Shown: one piece after another, positions 49,941 through 62,828 of the stretch
How the letters are laid out: the number at the start of each line of letters is the position of its first letter
Position numbering within the stretch: the first letter of the stretch is position 1
Notes under the pieces: model-generated
Databases searched by the model: none
What the model saw: only the letters and a program-made list of their open reading frames with translations
What the model was told of the DNA's origin: nothing
Program-made: the position numbers and the translations under genes
Assembly: GCA_029953675.1 (NCBI GenBank)
Contig: JAMWBK010000005.1
Coordinates: forward strand, 1,674,001-1,738,000
Length of the DNA stretch: 64,000 bases
DNA from: Rhodosorus marinus CCMP1338
Taxonomy: Eukaryota > Plantae > Rhodophyta
Reading direction: 5' to 3'

Positions 49941-51546
49941 ACAATTGTTTGGTCCGCGTGGGAGAATTTGACTGATGAGCAGCAGATATGGCGGCCTCTC
50001 TGCTGACATATGTTTTCCGCGTAAAATGTAATTTAACCGGTATCCATCTAGACTAGGCGACGTTTTAGATATCACTGCCATTCCCTGTTCTCAATGGGAT
50101 GCAATGTAAATAAGAAATCGAGCTCAGAAAATCCTGGCAGATCGAAGTCGAGGAAACGAAGGGAGCAATTTTCCTTCCCCGCTCTTCGACTTGGAGATTA
50201 CCGAAGTCGTTCGCTGAGAATTAAGGGAAGAGCACTAACGCTTCTGAGCGACCTTGGATCAGAAGCACTGACATACTTGCCGGTACGCCGAAGATAAACC
50301 CCACCCCGTCAGCCCAACGCATTCGCTCGTGCGCGCCAGTCACAAAAGCCAACACTACCAACACTGCAGTTTCCTCAACCAAAAGCAGATGGCTCATCAT
50401 GAAACGCCAAATCTATCCATTTACGGCTTCCCATCGCACTAAAAATCGTCTTGTATGCAAAAACAACTTTCTCGAGATGGATCTCAAACTCGGTACAAGC
50501 TGAGGTCCAAGCATCAATATACGCACGAGTTCCGCCCGGTGGAAGAAGGCGGTTTCCCCACCATCCAAACCGGAGATCGATGCCGGAAAATTAAGAAAGA
50601 AGAAAAGAACATATCCAATTGTTAGGGAGGGAGTAACGAAAATGCGCCTGGAAGACTCTTCCATCCTCATCCCGAATACCCGACCAAGTTCATCAACGAG
50701 CACCGCCTTGCCAAACGCCGAAATACTAACACGTACTATAAAACAATGTAAAGACAATTTTCCTGAGGGTATATACTCACCATCATTCCTAACAATTATG
50801 AAAATTCTACACTATAAGCAACAGAAGGGGGGGTTCGGGGGCTTGCGCTCGTTTTGTACAAAACTGAGTTTACTAATCCAAATCCGGTTTTTTACGAAGC
50901 ACTGTATTTGATAATAAAAATTGTATATATTAAATATCCGCGCAAAAGGGAACATTGGTGGCTTGCGGTATTTATGCGGGCCGGGAAGAAGTTTCCGTGT
51001 GATATTTTCTGGTAGTAGTCGCTGGTATACCTATATTGATTTGTTTTTATTTTAAGGACGTATTTATTGTCCAACGAAAAAAGTAAAGAGAATACTGGCC
51101 CAGGTTATCATGGCCAACAATTTTCTTATGAATTATTTCTTTTGAGCCGAAGGTGTTGGGGTCAAAAGGGATTCTGGTTATAGAGAGGGAGAGAGGGCGT
51201 TCTGGAGAGAAAACTTCTTGTTTGACGAGGACGGTCGTGGGAAGGCACAAATTTAGGTAGTTGGGGTGTTTAGCAGGTTTGGGGAGATTGGAGTTTTTTT
51301 TGGGGGGGGAAGGGGGAGGAGGGAGATTGGTGGTTTGAAGGAGTTTGAAGTTAAAAAGGGTGGGTGCAAGGGAGGATTTCACGAGGTTCCTAAGATTTGT
51401 TATGAGATTGTTGACCTTATATTGAATGAGTTCGTGCGGGAGGTGGCTGCATTTTGCGAAGGTGGCAGTTGGCTTCTAACGCCGTTGGGTGAGAGTGCCG
51501 TGGATTTTGTTGTCCTGGGTGTGGCGGGGGGATACGGTTTTGTGAA

Positions 51547-53305
51547 ATGTCTCGAAGGAGCTCAAGACCTTCCGGGTACGGAAGGGAGAGGGATCAATAC
51601 GGGGAGAGGGATCAGTATGGAGAGATGTCGCGTTCGAGAAGTGAGAGGAATGGCGGGTATCGTGGTGACGATCGAGGGGATGATCCGGCGTATTGGGGTG
51701 GAAGAAAGTATAGAGGGGACGACAGGCCTGAAAAGTCTAGAAGTGGGTATGGTGATCGCGGGGTGGAGCGTCGCCGAAGCGGGTATCAAAGAGGCTATGA
51801 ACGGGATCCGCAAAGCAATAGGGACTACCGGGACTATCGGGAGTATGAAAGCGAGTCGGAGGACTCCGCGGATGAACGGCGGAAAAAGAGCAGCAAGTCT
51901 AAAAAGGATAAGAAGAAGAAGGAAGAGAAAGCTGCTGCAGACAATGCGCAGCAGCAGATGATGTACCAGCAGCAAGTGTACGCCCAGCAGCAAATGATGG
52001 CACAGCAGCAGATGATGGCACAGCAGCAGATGCTCGCGCAGCAGCAACCCCAACCAGCGTACGGGCCTCCGAAACTCTCAGCCATGTACCCGCAGGCGCT
52101 TGTTCCGCCTCCGCCTGGCTCACAGGCACCCACGATGTTGTCTCTACCTGCATCGTCGCCAGCCGAATCTCAGTCCGCCGCTCAGCCGAGACAACCTGGG
52201 GGGCATGGAGGCGATCAAGTGTATGTACAGCCTTCGCAAGCCCCTGTAGCAACGATGCCGCAAATTGTTCAACACCCCTCGCAGGGAGCGGTACCTCAAC
52301 AATTAGCACAACCGGTTGGACAGCCGATTGGGCAACATATGGTACGTCCCATGCAGCAGCAGGTATTTCAGCCTGGCAGCCAAGTGCTCCCGCAACCAGG
52401 GCAGCTCCAGCAACCTCCTCAACCCGTTCCTCAGGCCCCATTGCAGCAGCCGATGCAACAACCTGTTCAGTACGTCGCTCAGCCAGCGGGCCAACCTCAG
52501 TATCAGCAACCAATGCAACAGCCGATGCAGCAGCAAGTGCAACAACCAATACAACAGCCAATGCAACAGCCAATGCAACAGCCAATGCAACAGCCAATGC
52601 AACAGCCAATGCAACAGCCAATGCAACAGCCAATGCAACAGCCAATGCAGCAGCAAGTGCAACAACCAATGCAACAGCCAATGCAACAGCCAGTGCAACA
52701 GCCGATGCAACAGCCGATGCAACAGCCGATGCAACAGCCAGCGCAACAGCAAGTGCAACAGCCAGTGCAACAGCCAGTGCAACAGCCAGTGCAACAGCCA
52801 GTGCAACAGCCAGTGCAACAGCCAGTGCAACAGCCAATGCAACAGGCAATGCACCAGCCAGTGCAACCAGCACTACAACTGGCAGAGCCGCCCGCTGCTC
52901 AGCCGGTGCCGAGATTGAACAATTCCGTCCGAGGTGGTCCAATACCACACCCAGCGCCCGATCTGGTAGATGATGATCGACAGGAGCCCGCGCAACAGAG
53001 TGCTGAGTCAGTCACCCGGCAGTACCGACAATTCCCGCAGACCGGTCTCACCAAGGTAAGCTAAAGCTAAGAGAGTTGTGAACACGGACTGCGTTCCGAG
53101 CGAATCGCGCCAACGCTTTGACTCTTTACTTTGCGAAATGATCTAGGAGTCTACAGTAGCGGAGGACGGCCTTGGCGCTGCGCAGAATCAGATGGAGAAC
53201 CTCACAGTTTCTGATATTGACAGTGCGCAGTCGGCAACAGCAGCTCCACCACAGGCGCAACTACAAGTCCACGAGACGGCAGCGCCGGCAACGCCGCCAC
53301 CGTAG
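51547..53305 (+). CDS. Low-complexity protein: Arg/Asp/Gly/Tyr-rich N-terminus, Lys-rich linker, Gln/Pro-rich repeat domain; 2 exons
   Basis: 505-codon ORF continues after an intron (about 53057-53147) into ESTVAEDG...ATPPP*. No globular domain recognised. Confidence 0.8.
52480..52870 (+). repeat. 12-bp coding tandem repeat encoding QQP(M/V)
   Basis: Arrays of caacagccaatg, caacagccgatg and caacagccagtg. Confidence 0.93.
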
Positions 53306-53933
53306 GGCTGATGAGTTTGTTGAATTATGAGCAGAGTTGTTGGCATTGCTCAGGACACGATTGCAATTTTATGGGGGGCCCTGATTCGCCGCATATCATG
53401 TGAGGGTTGTGACTCATGAGACTCTGTGACTCTTGGGAGGATGTGAACCGACATGCGCTGTGATCTCTTGAGGTGCTGTTTCTTCCGGAGTTTGTGTCTC
53501 TCGGATTGTATGGAGACACCTGGGACTAGTCGTCAGAAGCCTCAGGCATCGATGGTTCTTTTTTACGGATTAGATTTTTATTTTCTTGGGGATCGCGGTC
53601 GTTTTTTTACATGGCTTTTGTAGTCCCCAAGGGGACAGGCTCACCTGTCCTGACTTGGTCGGCTAAACGGTGAAGTGAAAAACTAAAACAACCAAGCCAC
53701 TCACTCATGCCGGGCGGACACCACAGCTGGCAAGACGATGCCCACAACCAAATTGGTGCTACAAAAAAATTCCACAATTTAAATTTTGCAAAACAGGGCG
53801 GCGAGGATGACCCATGCGTTCCAAAAGCAAGCGCTCTACCAAGAACTCGTGCGAAACAGCCCTATACAACAACAAAAATAACAATCACTTATCTGGGACG
53901 GTCGGTCGGTGCTCATGGAGACCAGCTTCGTTC

Positions 53934-56900
53934 TCAAGATTCCCAAATCTCCTCGTCAGATATGTTATGTCCCCAGGAGTTGTCCGTGTGCACGCGCCTA
54001 TGGCCTCGACGGCCCTCGTTGGAATTCCTGGGCATACGCTCATCTATCACGCCGTCTCTGTCAAAGTACATCCCCCGGTCTCCGTCAAGGTAAGAGTCTG
54101 ATTTCCTTCTCGCATTCTCAACTTGAACAGAAAAGTTCGAAGCTCCAAGCGTTCTCGAACCATAGTCCTTGTCCACAGTATCTTTTAGAGCGTCGAACGC
54201 ATAGCTCGTCATCGGCATCTCCATGTCTCTCCGGCTAAAGTGAGGCAGTTGATGAGGTTTCCGCAAGTCATCTTCTGGTTCCTCCAAAATATCCTTCCTG
54301 GTCAGGCCCCTCTTCATGAGCTCCTGCACCAGATTTTTACCCGTTGGCCTGTAATTCCTATCAACATACTTGGCTGTATACCCAGGGACAACGCAGAAGA
54401 TTGTCGTTGCCAAGAACAAAAGCCAGGTTGTGCCTTGAGACCACGCAAATGGTACCACGCCGAGGAGATTGCGCGTCATACCTAAATCAAAGGCGAGCAA
54501 CTGGGAGGAGTATACCGGTCCAATCCAAAACCACATGCAAAGACTCAGCGCTGCGACGAAAATAAGCAGTGAATTCCATGATGACTGATAGACGAATAGA
54601 ACACCATGTGCAACCAACACCACTTCAGTAAATACGAGGACACCAAAGGAGTAAAGCCCTCCAACCTGCCCGTCTGCGTGGATTAGAGTCTCCCCAAAAA
54701 CAACCTGGGTGAACCAAAATATGACCGTGCCCTGCCAGACCCCCGAAAGTACCCACTTGAGGAAGACTGTGTTCCGAAGAGCAGTTCTCTGCTGAGTTCG
54801 TCTGTAGACCTCCGGAAATTCCAGCGCATACCGGGCAGCTACGTCCGCGTCGTATGCACCGATGATGACGATCGGAATCGAGGTGACAAGCACGTTATAT
54901 GCTGCTGTAACCCAGGGATCGAAAAGCGGTTGACCGGAGAATGCATTGAAGAAAGCGAAGTAGAACTCGTTGGATACAAGGAGCAAATTCTTGTACATGA
55001 TATAGCAAATAACTTTGCACAGCCGCTTGTAGCACCACCGCCCATGAACGAGAATGAGCCTCCGCAGGAACCGAAATTGGCCAACGGAGAAATCGCTGAC
55101 AAGCTTTGCTTCGAGACCTTCCACGCCGACAATTCCAATACCTACGTGAGCAGCCTGGATCATCGCCACGTCGTTTGCCCCGTCACCAACAGCTGCAGTA
55201 ATTGCCTTCGGATCATGCTTTCTGACCATCTCTACGATATCTGCCTTCTGCTTTGGGCTAACTCTGCAGCCAATAACAGTTTTCGCAACCTTTCCCAGAA
55301 GTACTAGCTTCCTTTCCGCTTCCGGACTGTTCAACACATATTCAAGAGTACCACCATCTACGACAAGCCCCATGTGTCGCGAGTCTTTTCCGTCCCTAAG
55401 CAGATAGCTCCAACGTCCAAACGCCTTGTCGAGCTGGGCCTCTGCATCCTCCAGAGTAGTCTCGTTGATAACTACGACATCCATCCCATCCTGGAGGAGG
55501 CCACAAGTTAGACCGATGTTGATTGCTGTTTCTTGCTTGTCACCCGTCAGAACCCAAACTTTCACGTTCGCCCTTTCAAGATCTTTAAGGGTGCCCGGAA
55601 CCTCGTCCTGTAATCGATCCTCAATCCCAGTACAACCCAGAAGGGTGAGCTCGGATTCAATCTCGTCACTGAGAACTTCACACGCTTCCTCCCTGTTAGG
55701 GTCCAGCTGCGCTTCCGCCCACCTACGACTCCAGTCGGCAAAGAAACCCTCGGAAATTTCGCGATAGGCGAGACAGAGAGTGCGCAGGCCTTCACGGGCG
55801 AACTGATCGAGTGCTTCGGTTGTTGGCAAAGCGTTTTCATGAGCAGCAATCCTCGAAAAAATCACAGTATCTGCGCCCTTGCAAAAGACAACAACCCTTC
55901 CGGTGTGCGGAGATTGTGCGACTACTGTCATTCGTTTCCGCTTCGAGTTGAACTCCACCACGCCAAGTAGAGGCCACTCCTCCAGCTTACCGAGCACATT
56001 CAGGGTTATCATTTTATTGGAGCGCTGAACGAACTCGAATCCAACTTTGCGCGCTGTTTCAACCAATGCTCCTTCATCCGGGCTAGAAGCCTGGTACAGG
56101 CCGTCATCACGGACAACGCTGTGACATATTGCCAGAAGGTAGTTGAAATCGCGTAGCTGCATCAAATCCCTCACTTCCCCGCTGACGTTGCCTCGCAAGT
56201 GTTGCAGTTCATCCCGCGCTTCCCAGAGCCGTGCACTCATTTCTTTAACACCCGTATTGGAACCGTCCGGCTCATCAGCGTCCTGATAGGTCTCGCCGGC
56301 AACGAAGCATTTCTTAAACACCATATCGTTTGCTGTAAGCGTTCCAGTTTTGTCAGAAAACAGGTGCGTCAGGATTCCAAGCTCATCCGTCAAACTCGAT
56401 GTCCGAACTTCCAGCCGAACCGGGGGCTTGTGCTCAAACGCGATGGTTTTCCTGTCCCCAGTGATGAAATATACCTGAAATCCGCGAATCACCTCAATTG
56501 ATACGTACAGTGATATCGGTATCAGGTTTGCAAACGTGCAAAAGAAAGTGAAGAACCTCAGAAACTTGTCCAGGGGAGTACACGAGTCCTCGAGCTCCAG
56601 GTACCAAGCACTTTGTGTGTCTGCACAGTTTACTGCGTTTAAGATCGTCAGCGTCGTTACGATGATCACCTGAAGACAGATCGGGAAAATCAACAGAAAA
56701 TTGACTTTCGATTCTGTGCTACTGACTTTCTTTGGCTTGGGCTTCATGTTCCGCATGAGCTTAGTATCGAGTCCAGTGTTCACAACCAACGCGTACACAT
56801 AGTTTGTTTGCTTGAGTCTGCACCCGCGGACAAGCAGATTGTCGCTGTTCAAAGGGTAAGTGGTGGCTCCTCCGGTGGGCCCGCCTTCTTCGTTCTTGCC

Positions 56901-57740
56901 CACCAAAGTAATGCTTCCATAGTAATGATGTAGTCTCGGGTTAGGAGGCTCGCTCTCCACAAAGCCTTCTGCGGTAAGGCCATCCTCGGGCTCCGAGAAC
57001 TGCTCACTAATGTCCGGAAGGCTTGCCTTCACCTTTAGATTGCTTTCACCATCCAATTGCTTTGTCTCCACGAAGGCGAGGCCATCCTCGGAACTCGAAT
57101 GCAGGAGAATAACATCAGCCGGCACGGCATCGTTCTTGCTAATCTTCAGAATATCTCCCACCTTTACTTCGGCCCATGAAATCTGTCCCTTCGGACCCAA
57201 GGCGAAGGTTCCCAACCGGTTAATTCTCCTATCCTCGACATGCCGCCGCGTATCCTCTACAATCTCCTTTATGAGCGACACCGTTACGATGAAGGCGACG
57301 GAAATGAGCTGCCCGTAGCGACTGCTGGTTAGTACGGGTGAGATGGAGTCGATGCAATACAAAATTCCCACGAACAAAAAATAAACATTTGCTAAACGTA
57401 GTACGAACTGCTCATATAGAAACTTGGGAAGGGCGTTCCAGTAGTTGTACTTCGCTGTGGACACGTAGTTCGTCCTAAATCTCTTGTTCGCTTCTGGATC
57501 ATTAAGTACAACTTTCCTGCTCTCCTCCGGCGGCGCAGGACGATTCCTCCTGTTGAAAGTCAGCAAGTCAGCGCACTTCGAAAAAAACCTCCCAATTCTT
57601 CCATTCTGCCTCCCAACAGCATCTTCCGCCTTATCAAAAAAAAGGTCAACCTTGTCCACCGGTGCCCAACCATCCCTACTGCTCAAATTTCCAGAGGAAT
57701 ACTCCTCCAGGAAATCCTCAGCAACATCCGGGTCCAACAT
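53934..57740 (-). CDS. P4-type ATPase (phospholipid flippase, ALA/DRS2-like), 1268 aa, apparently intronless
   Basis: NYVSTAKYN, VETKQLDGESNLK, LIPISLYVSIE, DKTGTLT, YQASSPDEGAL, EFNSKRKRM, EGLRTL, WVLTGDKQETAINIG, CRVSPKQKA, VGDGANDVAMIQ. Confidence 0.97.
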   Translation of the reverse strand: MLDPDVAEDFLEEYSSGNLSSRDGWAPVDKVDLFFDKAEDAVGRQNGRIGRFFSKCADLLTFNRRNRPAPPEESRKVVLNDPEANKRFRTNYVSTAKYNYWNALPKFLYEQFVLRLANVYFLFVGILYCIDSISPVLTSSRYGQLISVAFIVTVSLIKEIVEDTRRHVEDRRINRLGTFALGPKGQISWAEVKVGDILKISKNDAVPADVILLHSSSEDGLAFVETKQLDGESNLKVKASLPDISEQFSEPEDGLTAEGFVESEPPNPRLHHYYGSITLVGKNEEGGPTGGATTYPLNSDNLLVRGCRLKQTNYVYALVVNTGLDTKLMRNMKPKPKKVSSTESKVNFLLIFPICLQVIIVTTLTILNAVNCADTQSAWYLELEDSCTPLDKFLRFFTFFCTFANLIPISLYVSIEVIRGFQVYFITGDRKTIAFEHKPPVRLEVRTSSLTDELGILTHLFSDKTGTLTANDMVFKKCFVAGETYQDADEPDGSNTGVKEMSARLWEARDELQHLRGNVSGEVRDLMQLRDFNYLLAICHSVVRDDGLYQASSPDEGALVETARKVGFEFVQRSNKMITLNVLGKLEEWPLLGVVEFNSKRKRMTVVAQSPHTGRVVVFCKGADTVIFSRIAAHENALPTTEALDQFAREGLRTLCLAYREISEGFFADWSRRWAEAQLDPNREEACEVLSDEIESELTLLGCTGIEDRLQDEVPGTLKDLERANVKVWVLTGDKQETAINIGLTCGLLQDGMDVVVINETTLEDAEAQLDKAFGRWSYLLRDGKDSRHMGLVVDGGTLEYVLNSPEAERKLVLLGKVAKTVIGCRVSPKQKADIVEMVRKHDPKAITAAVGDGANDVAMIQAAHVGIGIVGVEGLEAKLVSDFSVGQFRFLRRLILVHGRWCYKRLCKVICYIMYKNLLLVSNEFYFAFFNAFSGQPLFDPWVTAAYNVLVTSIPIVIIGAYDADVAARYALEFPEVYRRTQQRTALRNTVFLKWVLSGVWQGTVIFWFTQVVFGETLIHADGQVGGLYSFGVLVFTEVVLVAHGVLFVYQSSWNSLLIFVAALSLCMWFWIGPVYSSQLLAFDLGMTRNLLGVVPFAWSQGTTWLLFLATTIFCVVPGYTAKYVDRNYRPTGKNLVQELMKRGLTRKDILEEPEDDLRKPHQLPHFSRRDMEMPMTSYAFDALKDTVDKDYGSRTLGASNFSVQVENARRKSDSYLDGDRGMYFDRDGVIDERMPRNSNEGRRGHRRVHTDNSWGHNISDEEIWES

Positions 57741-60700
57741 GCTCTCCTCTCAAACACGAGCACGGGTCCTTGCTCCCCCACCCCCCAGAAACGCGCGTGC
57801 TAAAAAACGGAGCCCACGACCTCCATCCGAAAACAACCGTTCCCACTCCCCTCCACACAACGACTTGGTCGAAGCTCTAACCTTCTCCCTTCTCTCACAG
57901 TCCAACCATACTTTCCATCCTCCTCTAAACCAAACCATTCAACAACCCCTCCCCTTCACTACCCAAAGTGACACCACATCCACGAATCGAAACCCTCATG
58001 CTGGAAAACAGAAATAAGTCGCTCACACCCTCCCCAAACACATTCATCCAACTGTTTTCCCTCATTTCCAAAACCCCCCCCCCCTAAGAACGAGCTCAGC
58101 CTACACATCCTTTCCCGACAAAAAACGCCCTAAATTCAAATAATTCACCCCTTTCCTTAAATTTTCTTTGGCCAAAGGGGGAAAATACATTTTCAGCCTC
58201 CAAAATCTGTCCCTCCTTATTCTCTATTTTTCAGGATTTTATGAAACACGGACATTTCGGGAAAAGAAAAAAATGACGTCTTCTACCTACACCCCCCACT
58301 ACCCCCCCTTTCCGCCCTGCTCCATTCTCGTTCCAGATGCATTCAAATCACGTCTAGCACGCCCATTAGATTTATCTACTGTGGGACTCAAAAACAAATA
58401 AAGTTTTAATAAATTAGGGTATATTTACAATTTATATTGATGCTATCCCCCCCCCCTCCCTCCGTCTCTTTTACTTTCGGTCTTGTTTTCATTCGTTTTG
58501 CCACCTGTCAGTTTAAGATTTTCTTCACATCAGATAAGATCAAACCGTGACAGGCAACGTGACTTTTCTGATCGGTTTTTATATGTTTTCTGAATTCTTT
58601 TTGATGCATATTGGCGGGCGAGACCTTTCTTCTGTACGGGGATCTAAATATGGTATACTAACCAGAATTAGAAATATGTCATGATTTGTACGTATACATC
58701 ATTTATAAGAATAAAATTTCGCAATGACGCGAATCTGTGCTATTCATGATTTGGACTATATCCCCAAACCAACAGCTTTTGCTGAGGCCGCCCTGTCCCT
58801 GAAATTTTGAAGCTTTTTTACAAACAGTGGAAGGCAGGGCGCGGAGTGCGCGAGCGGGGGTTAAAACACGGGCAAACCTCTCCGCTATGAACGTTCACTG
58901 ACCTTCCCCGATGAGCTTGTTTGAAGGCGATTCGGAAGCAGTTCGGCATCTAGATATCCAGTGGAACTATTGCTCCTTATGGTCACCCCTCCCTCCCTCC
59001 GCCTTCAATTGGATCCCGTCCTTGAGCACCCTGAGGAGTAGAACGCCCTCGTACTACGCAACAAATGATTGGATAAGCTGCCGACAGAGTCTGAGCTATT
59101 TTCTGATATCCATGAACATTTTTGAGGGATGTCGATTATTTATTTTCTATTCATGTATTCGCTCGAATGCCGAGCGTTGCATTTGAGGACAGTGGAGTTA
59201 AGAGTTTGATATGGCACTGGGGCTGCCTTTGTTGTTTGACGACTTGACTCCATTGAGTATTGTCCTCTAGTGTAGAGTATGAATTCCGCGCTGATGCTCG
59301 AGGCGCGTTTATAGGGCGTTGTTGAGGCTTAGGTTTAGCCGAGAAATCCGAACTGGTGGAGCTGCTTCATCAAGGAGAATTAAACAATTTTGTGAGACCT
59401 CCAACTTCACTTTTCAGTTTGGGTGACGGTGCTCAGGTACTGTTTCCGTGTTCTCTGCTATTCACCAGGATACTGGCTGCTTCTTGACGAGGTTATAAAG
59501 CCTTTATGGGAGATGTTGTTTAGGGCAATAATCCCAGCAGTAGATTATGGGTTTCGCGGAATTTGGAATTCACGACAGCTTCCAACGGTTTGTGAAACTT
59601 GGTTGAACGTTAATGGAAACATTGATTATTACGCGCAACTTCTCAAGGCTGTTCTCGATTGGTGGTGAGGAAGCCGTAGGTGGACAGCAGAGGAAGGAAG
59701 ATCTGTTGATTGTGTTTGTTTGATAGAGGACCGGAATATGGAGAGGAGGACGTCTAGGGCGACGGCAAACAGGAGGAATCGGCAGCAGCTTTTGATACCC
59801 TACGGCTTCAGGAAAACTGTAGTTGGAAAATGCCACAACCAATGACATGCATCAGCAATTGAGCACTAGTGGGCTCATTGTAAAGATATCATCCCGCTCG
59901 AACAACTCTATCATGATCTGGCCTTGAGCTTCTGCGGCCGGGTACGGTACGCAGCTCGAGAGTTTTCCTGTCTCGGCTTAGCACGTCAAACCACACCTCG
60001 TGCGAAACACTATGAGTACCACCAGGATCTCAGAATCACCCATCCTAGGACGGCCTGCCCATGGAACTCTCTAACACAATAGTCAGCTCGCGACAGGGGT
60101 TTTGCGCTTATCTCCAAGTGTTCGCCCTTTCGACCTTCAATTACACGGGGGGCGCTTTTTGCCTCCCCCATCTGCGCAACTCATCGGTTCTAGAACTACA
60201 ACTCCCAGGAAAACATTGGGACACTCGGTTGCTGGACCACGGTAGGGAACTCTTCGCTAAAGTGGCGGTGACACAGAGCAAGGGTCTAGAGCGCGGGGGA
60301 TGGTCTCTTGAAGGAGATCGAAATGTGTAATCTTCCACGAGTCAATGTTTTGAGTTTCCGTAGCAAACTGCCCGTTTTCTAATCAACTTCTCAAGGTTCG
60401 TTGCACGGACCGATTGTGTCAAATTCATCAAATTTTCTCTTTTCTTTCATATATTGAAAATATTTATATTTTAATCATTTGTGCTGAGCGGTGGAAAAAG
60501 TAAATATATTCAATTAAACAACGACCCAAGGATTCGCGGTTGTCAAAATTTTAAATAAAACGAATCACTGCTGATTCAATCCTTTAAAGAGTGAACTCTA
60601 GTATTTTCATTGAAATCAGTAGGTTGAAACGAAAGACCTACTCTTATTGGTGAAAGTGATATATGCGCTCATATTATTATATATTTTCAAGGCTCAAAGA

Positions 60701-61787
60701 GTTTGAAAAATAGAAATTTCCTCATAGTGCTCAGTAGTGACGAGAAGGATTGAGTGGGGTTAGTAATCAATGTTCCCATCAACTTGCAACCAAGTGGTTG
60801 TGCTTCAACGACGAGGCGGCTGCAGTTCGATGCGACTGACAGGATTGCGCTTCTTGGAAAGTGAGAGTGGAGGTCTATCAACAGAATAAGAAAGAGAAAA
60901 GAGAGAAGCTGGAGTTTGTGCGAACTGTTGTGGTAGCACTATGTCGTTTCGCAAAGGACTTTGGCAAGGTCCGAATTGCATCACGGGGACATAGGCCTTT
61001 TTGCTTCTGTTTCTTCAGCCATTCTGGCGCAGAAAACTCTAGCTCGCGTTGGCAGTTGCTGTTGAACTTGATCGGACCGGATTTGTTGGGCTGCGCTTCT
61101 CTGTGGCCTAAATGCGGTTCATTGTGAACGACCAGTTTCGACTTCCGCGGAAGTGTAAGCTGGTGTCCATAATGGATTCATTTGTTTCGGGACTTCCTTC
61201 GTGTCTCCCTACTCGCGAGTACTTGAGGGTTCATTCGCTTTTTTCGGCTTTCATGGGGGTGGATTCTTTTCTTAGGCTCGTCCAAATCATCGATAGCCAA
61301 ACCCGTTCAAGAAAGGCGGACATTCTAAATGCTTGGCTTCGAATGAGCTAGTCCGGATGTAGCTCCTGAGTCCGTTAGAAATGGTCCGTTCTCCGAGCAG
61401 TACGAACCACCGTGTGGCGGAACCTATGCAAGCCCTTCGAAACTAACTTTCATTCTAGGGGAAGATCGCAAGCGCCAACGAGGTGTTCAGGATGTGCAGT
61501 AGCTATTCAAGACCGCAAGCTAGGATTTCCTAGTTCGGATTTCCTGGGAATCCCTTTGGAACGATGGAGTTTTCTCCCCGAATCACCTTTCTCGATTGAA
61601 CGTCGTCGGGCTGGTTTGTAGGCCTCGCTCCCGTTATCTCTGGATGATGCATAGACAGCAATTTTTGATTGCCTGTTCGTTCGATGAGGACGCTTGGACC
61701 CAATGGAACCACCTGTTCAATGCTAACCATCAAAGGCAACCCTCCTGAGGATATCATCTTCCGCCGCGATCTTCGACGAGTACCTTT

Positions 61788-62300
61788 TCACCGCTCGAGA
61801 ACACTTGTTGTTTTATTGGCACCATTGAAGATACCCTTGTTCTCACAGGAACAAATTACCTTGTAAGCAGCGTTAACAATCTCGCGCGCGATGATTCCAC
61901 CGAGTAATGATGCTACGCTGTGGATTTCGCCTCCGCCGGAGCCAAAAACTGGGAACGGAGAAAAAAGCTCGGGCAGTATCCGCTGCAAACAGGTTTTGTT
62001 CTTTGCATTATGTACTGCTGCCCACTCCAGGTACGAAAGCGCACACCCAAACTAGATAATTCCCTCCCTCCAGAAGTCACTCCCGCCAAATATTGCAGAA
62101 CAGGGAGGCATGCCCACCTCGCCGGGGATCTGCATCGACTTTGCTTGAAGTTCGACAAAGTGCTTCCAGCTGGTCTCGACAATAATCCCTCTGGACTCCG
62201 ACAAGCACATATCTGCTGCGCAAAGAATACATATAAAAATGCGTGTTGCTACTCTCCTTTGTCAAAGTCCGCGCAAAGTCAACTGAGCGAGACTTGAGTT
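61788..62300 (-). pseudogene. NAE1: Relic of the C-terminal part of the NEDD8-activating enzyme regulatory subunit (NAE1/APPBP1/AXR1)
   Basis: GGGEIHSVASLLGGIIAREIV...IFNGANKTTSV matches the recalled NAE1/AXR1 C-terminus. The expected LLTRQFVP segment is present but frameshifted and contains a TAA (61856-61858). The 5' boundary is approximate. Confidence 0.68.
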
Positions 62301-62828
62301 CCTATGGACGAGAGTCCTCTCTGGCAGGTTGATCCGAAAGCGAGGACAAAAAGACGGACAATGTTGGCCGTTGACGCGGCGGGGTGAGTTCACCCTGATG
62401 CCTCTGAACGCTCAAATATCGCTAAAAACTCGAAAAGGACTGTCCTCGTGTAGCCGGCATCGTTTCTGTTCTGGTGTCATGCGCAAGTCTATCCCCATAC
62501 GCGGCGATCCTCCCCTAGTCCTTCCGAGATTTCGATTGACAGCTCCTTTGGAGAATCATTGACTTTTATTACAATCTAGATGAATATTGTGAATAACTTC
62601 TCAGTATTGGATTATATAAAAATGATTTGAAAACAAAATAGATGGAACACGCGACAAATTAGAAAATGTCCAAATTCGAGGATTCGAGCTCGCGGTGGTG
62701 GGCGGCCAGCCATCACCTAAAAAAAGTAACAAGCTTCGTTGGGAAGGATTGAAGTGGTTTGCTGTTTGTGCTTGAATCGGTTGAAGCGGCTTTCATGTAG
62801 GTGAAATGTATTAGTATAACCTGGAAGG

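Noticed and set aside
49950-50760. Short ORFs on both strands between YchJ and the Gln/Pro gene
   Set aside because: No motif, consistent frame or splice model.
51834-52948. Antisense and alternative-frame ORFs (LHWL, CNSQ, VALA repeats)
   Set aside because: Shadows of the 12-bp QQPM repeat.
54089-54129. GTAAG...CAG intron-like string on the plus strand, antisense to the P4-ATPase 3' end
   Set aside because: It lies within an uninterrupted minus-strand ORF and no plus-strand gene is evident; probably coincidental.
58900-61760. Multiple 60-90 aa ORFs with some splice-like sites
   Set aside because: No recognisable family and no consistent model; could be unannotated or decayed genes, but this is unsupported from sequence alone.
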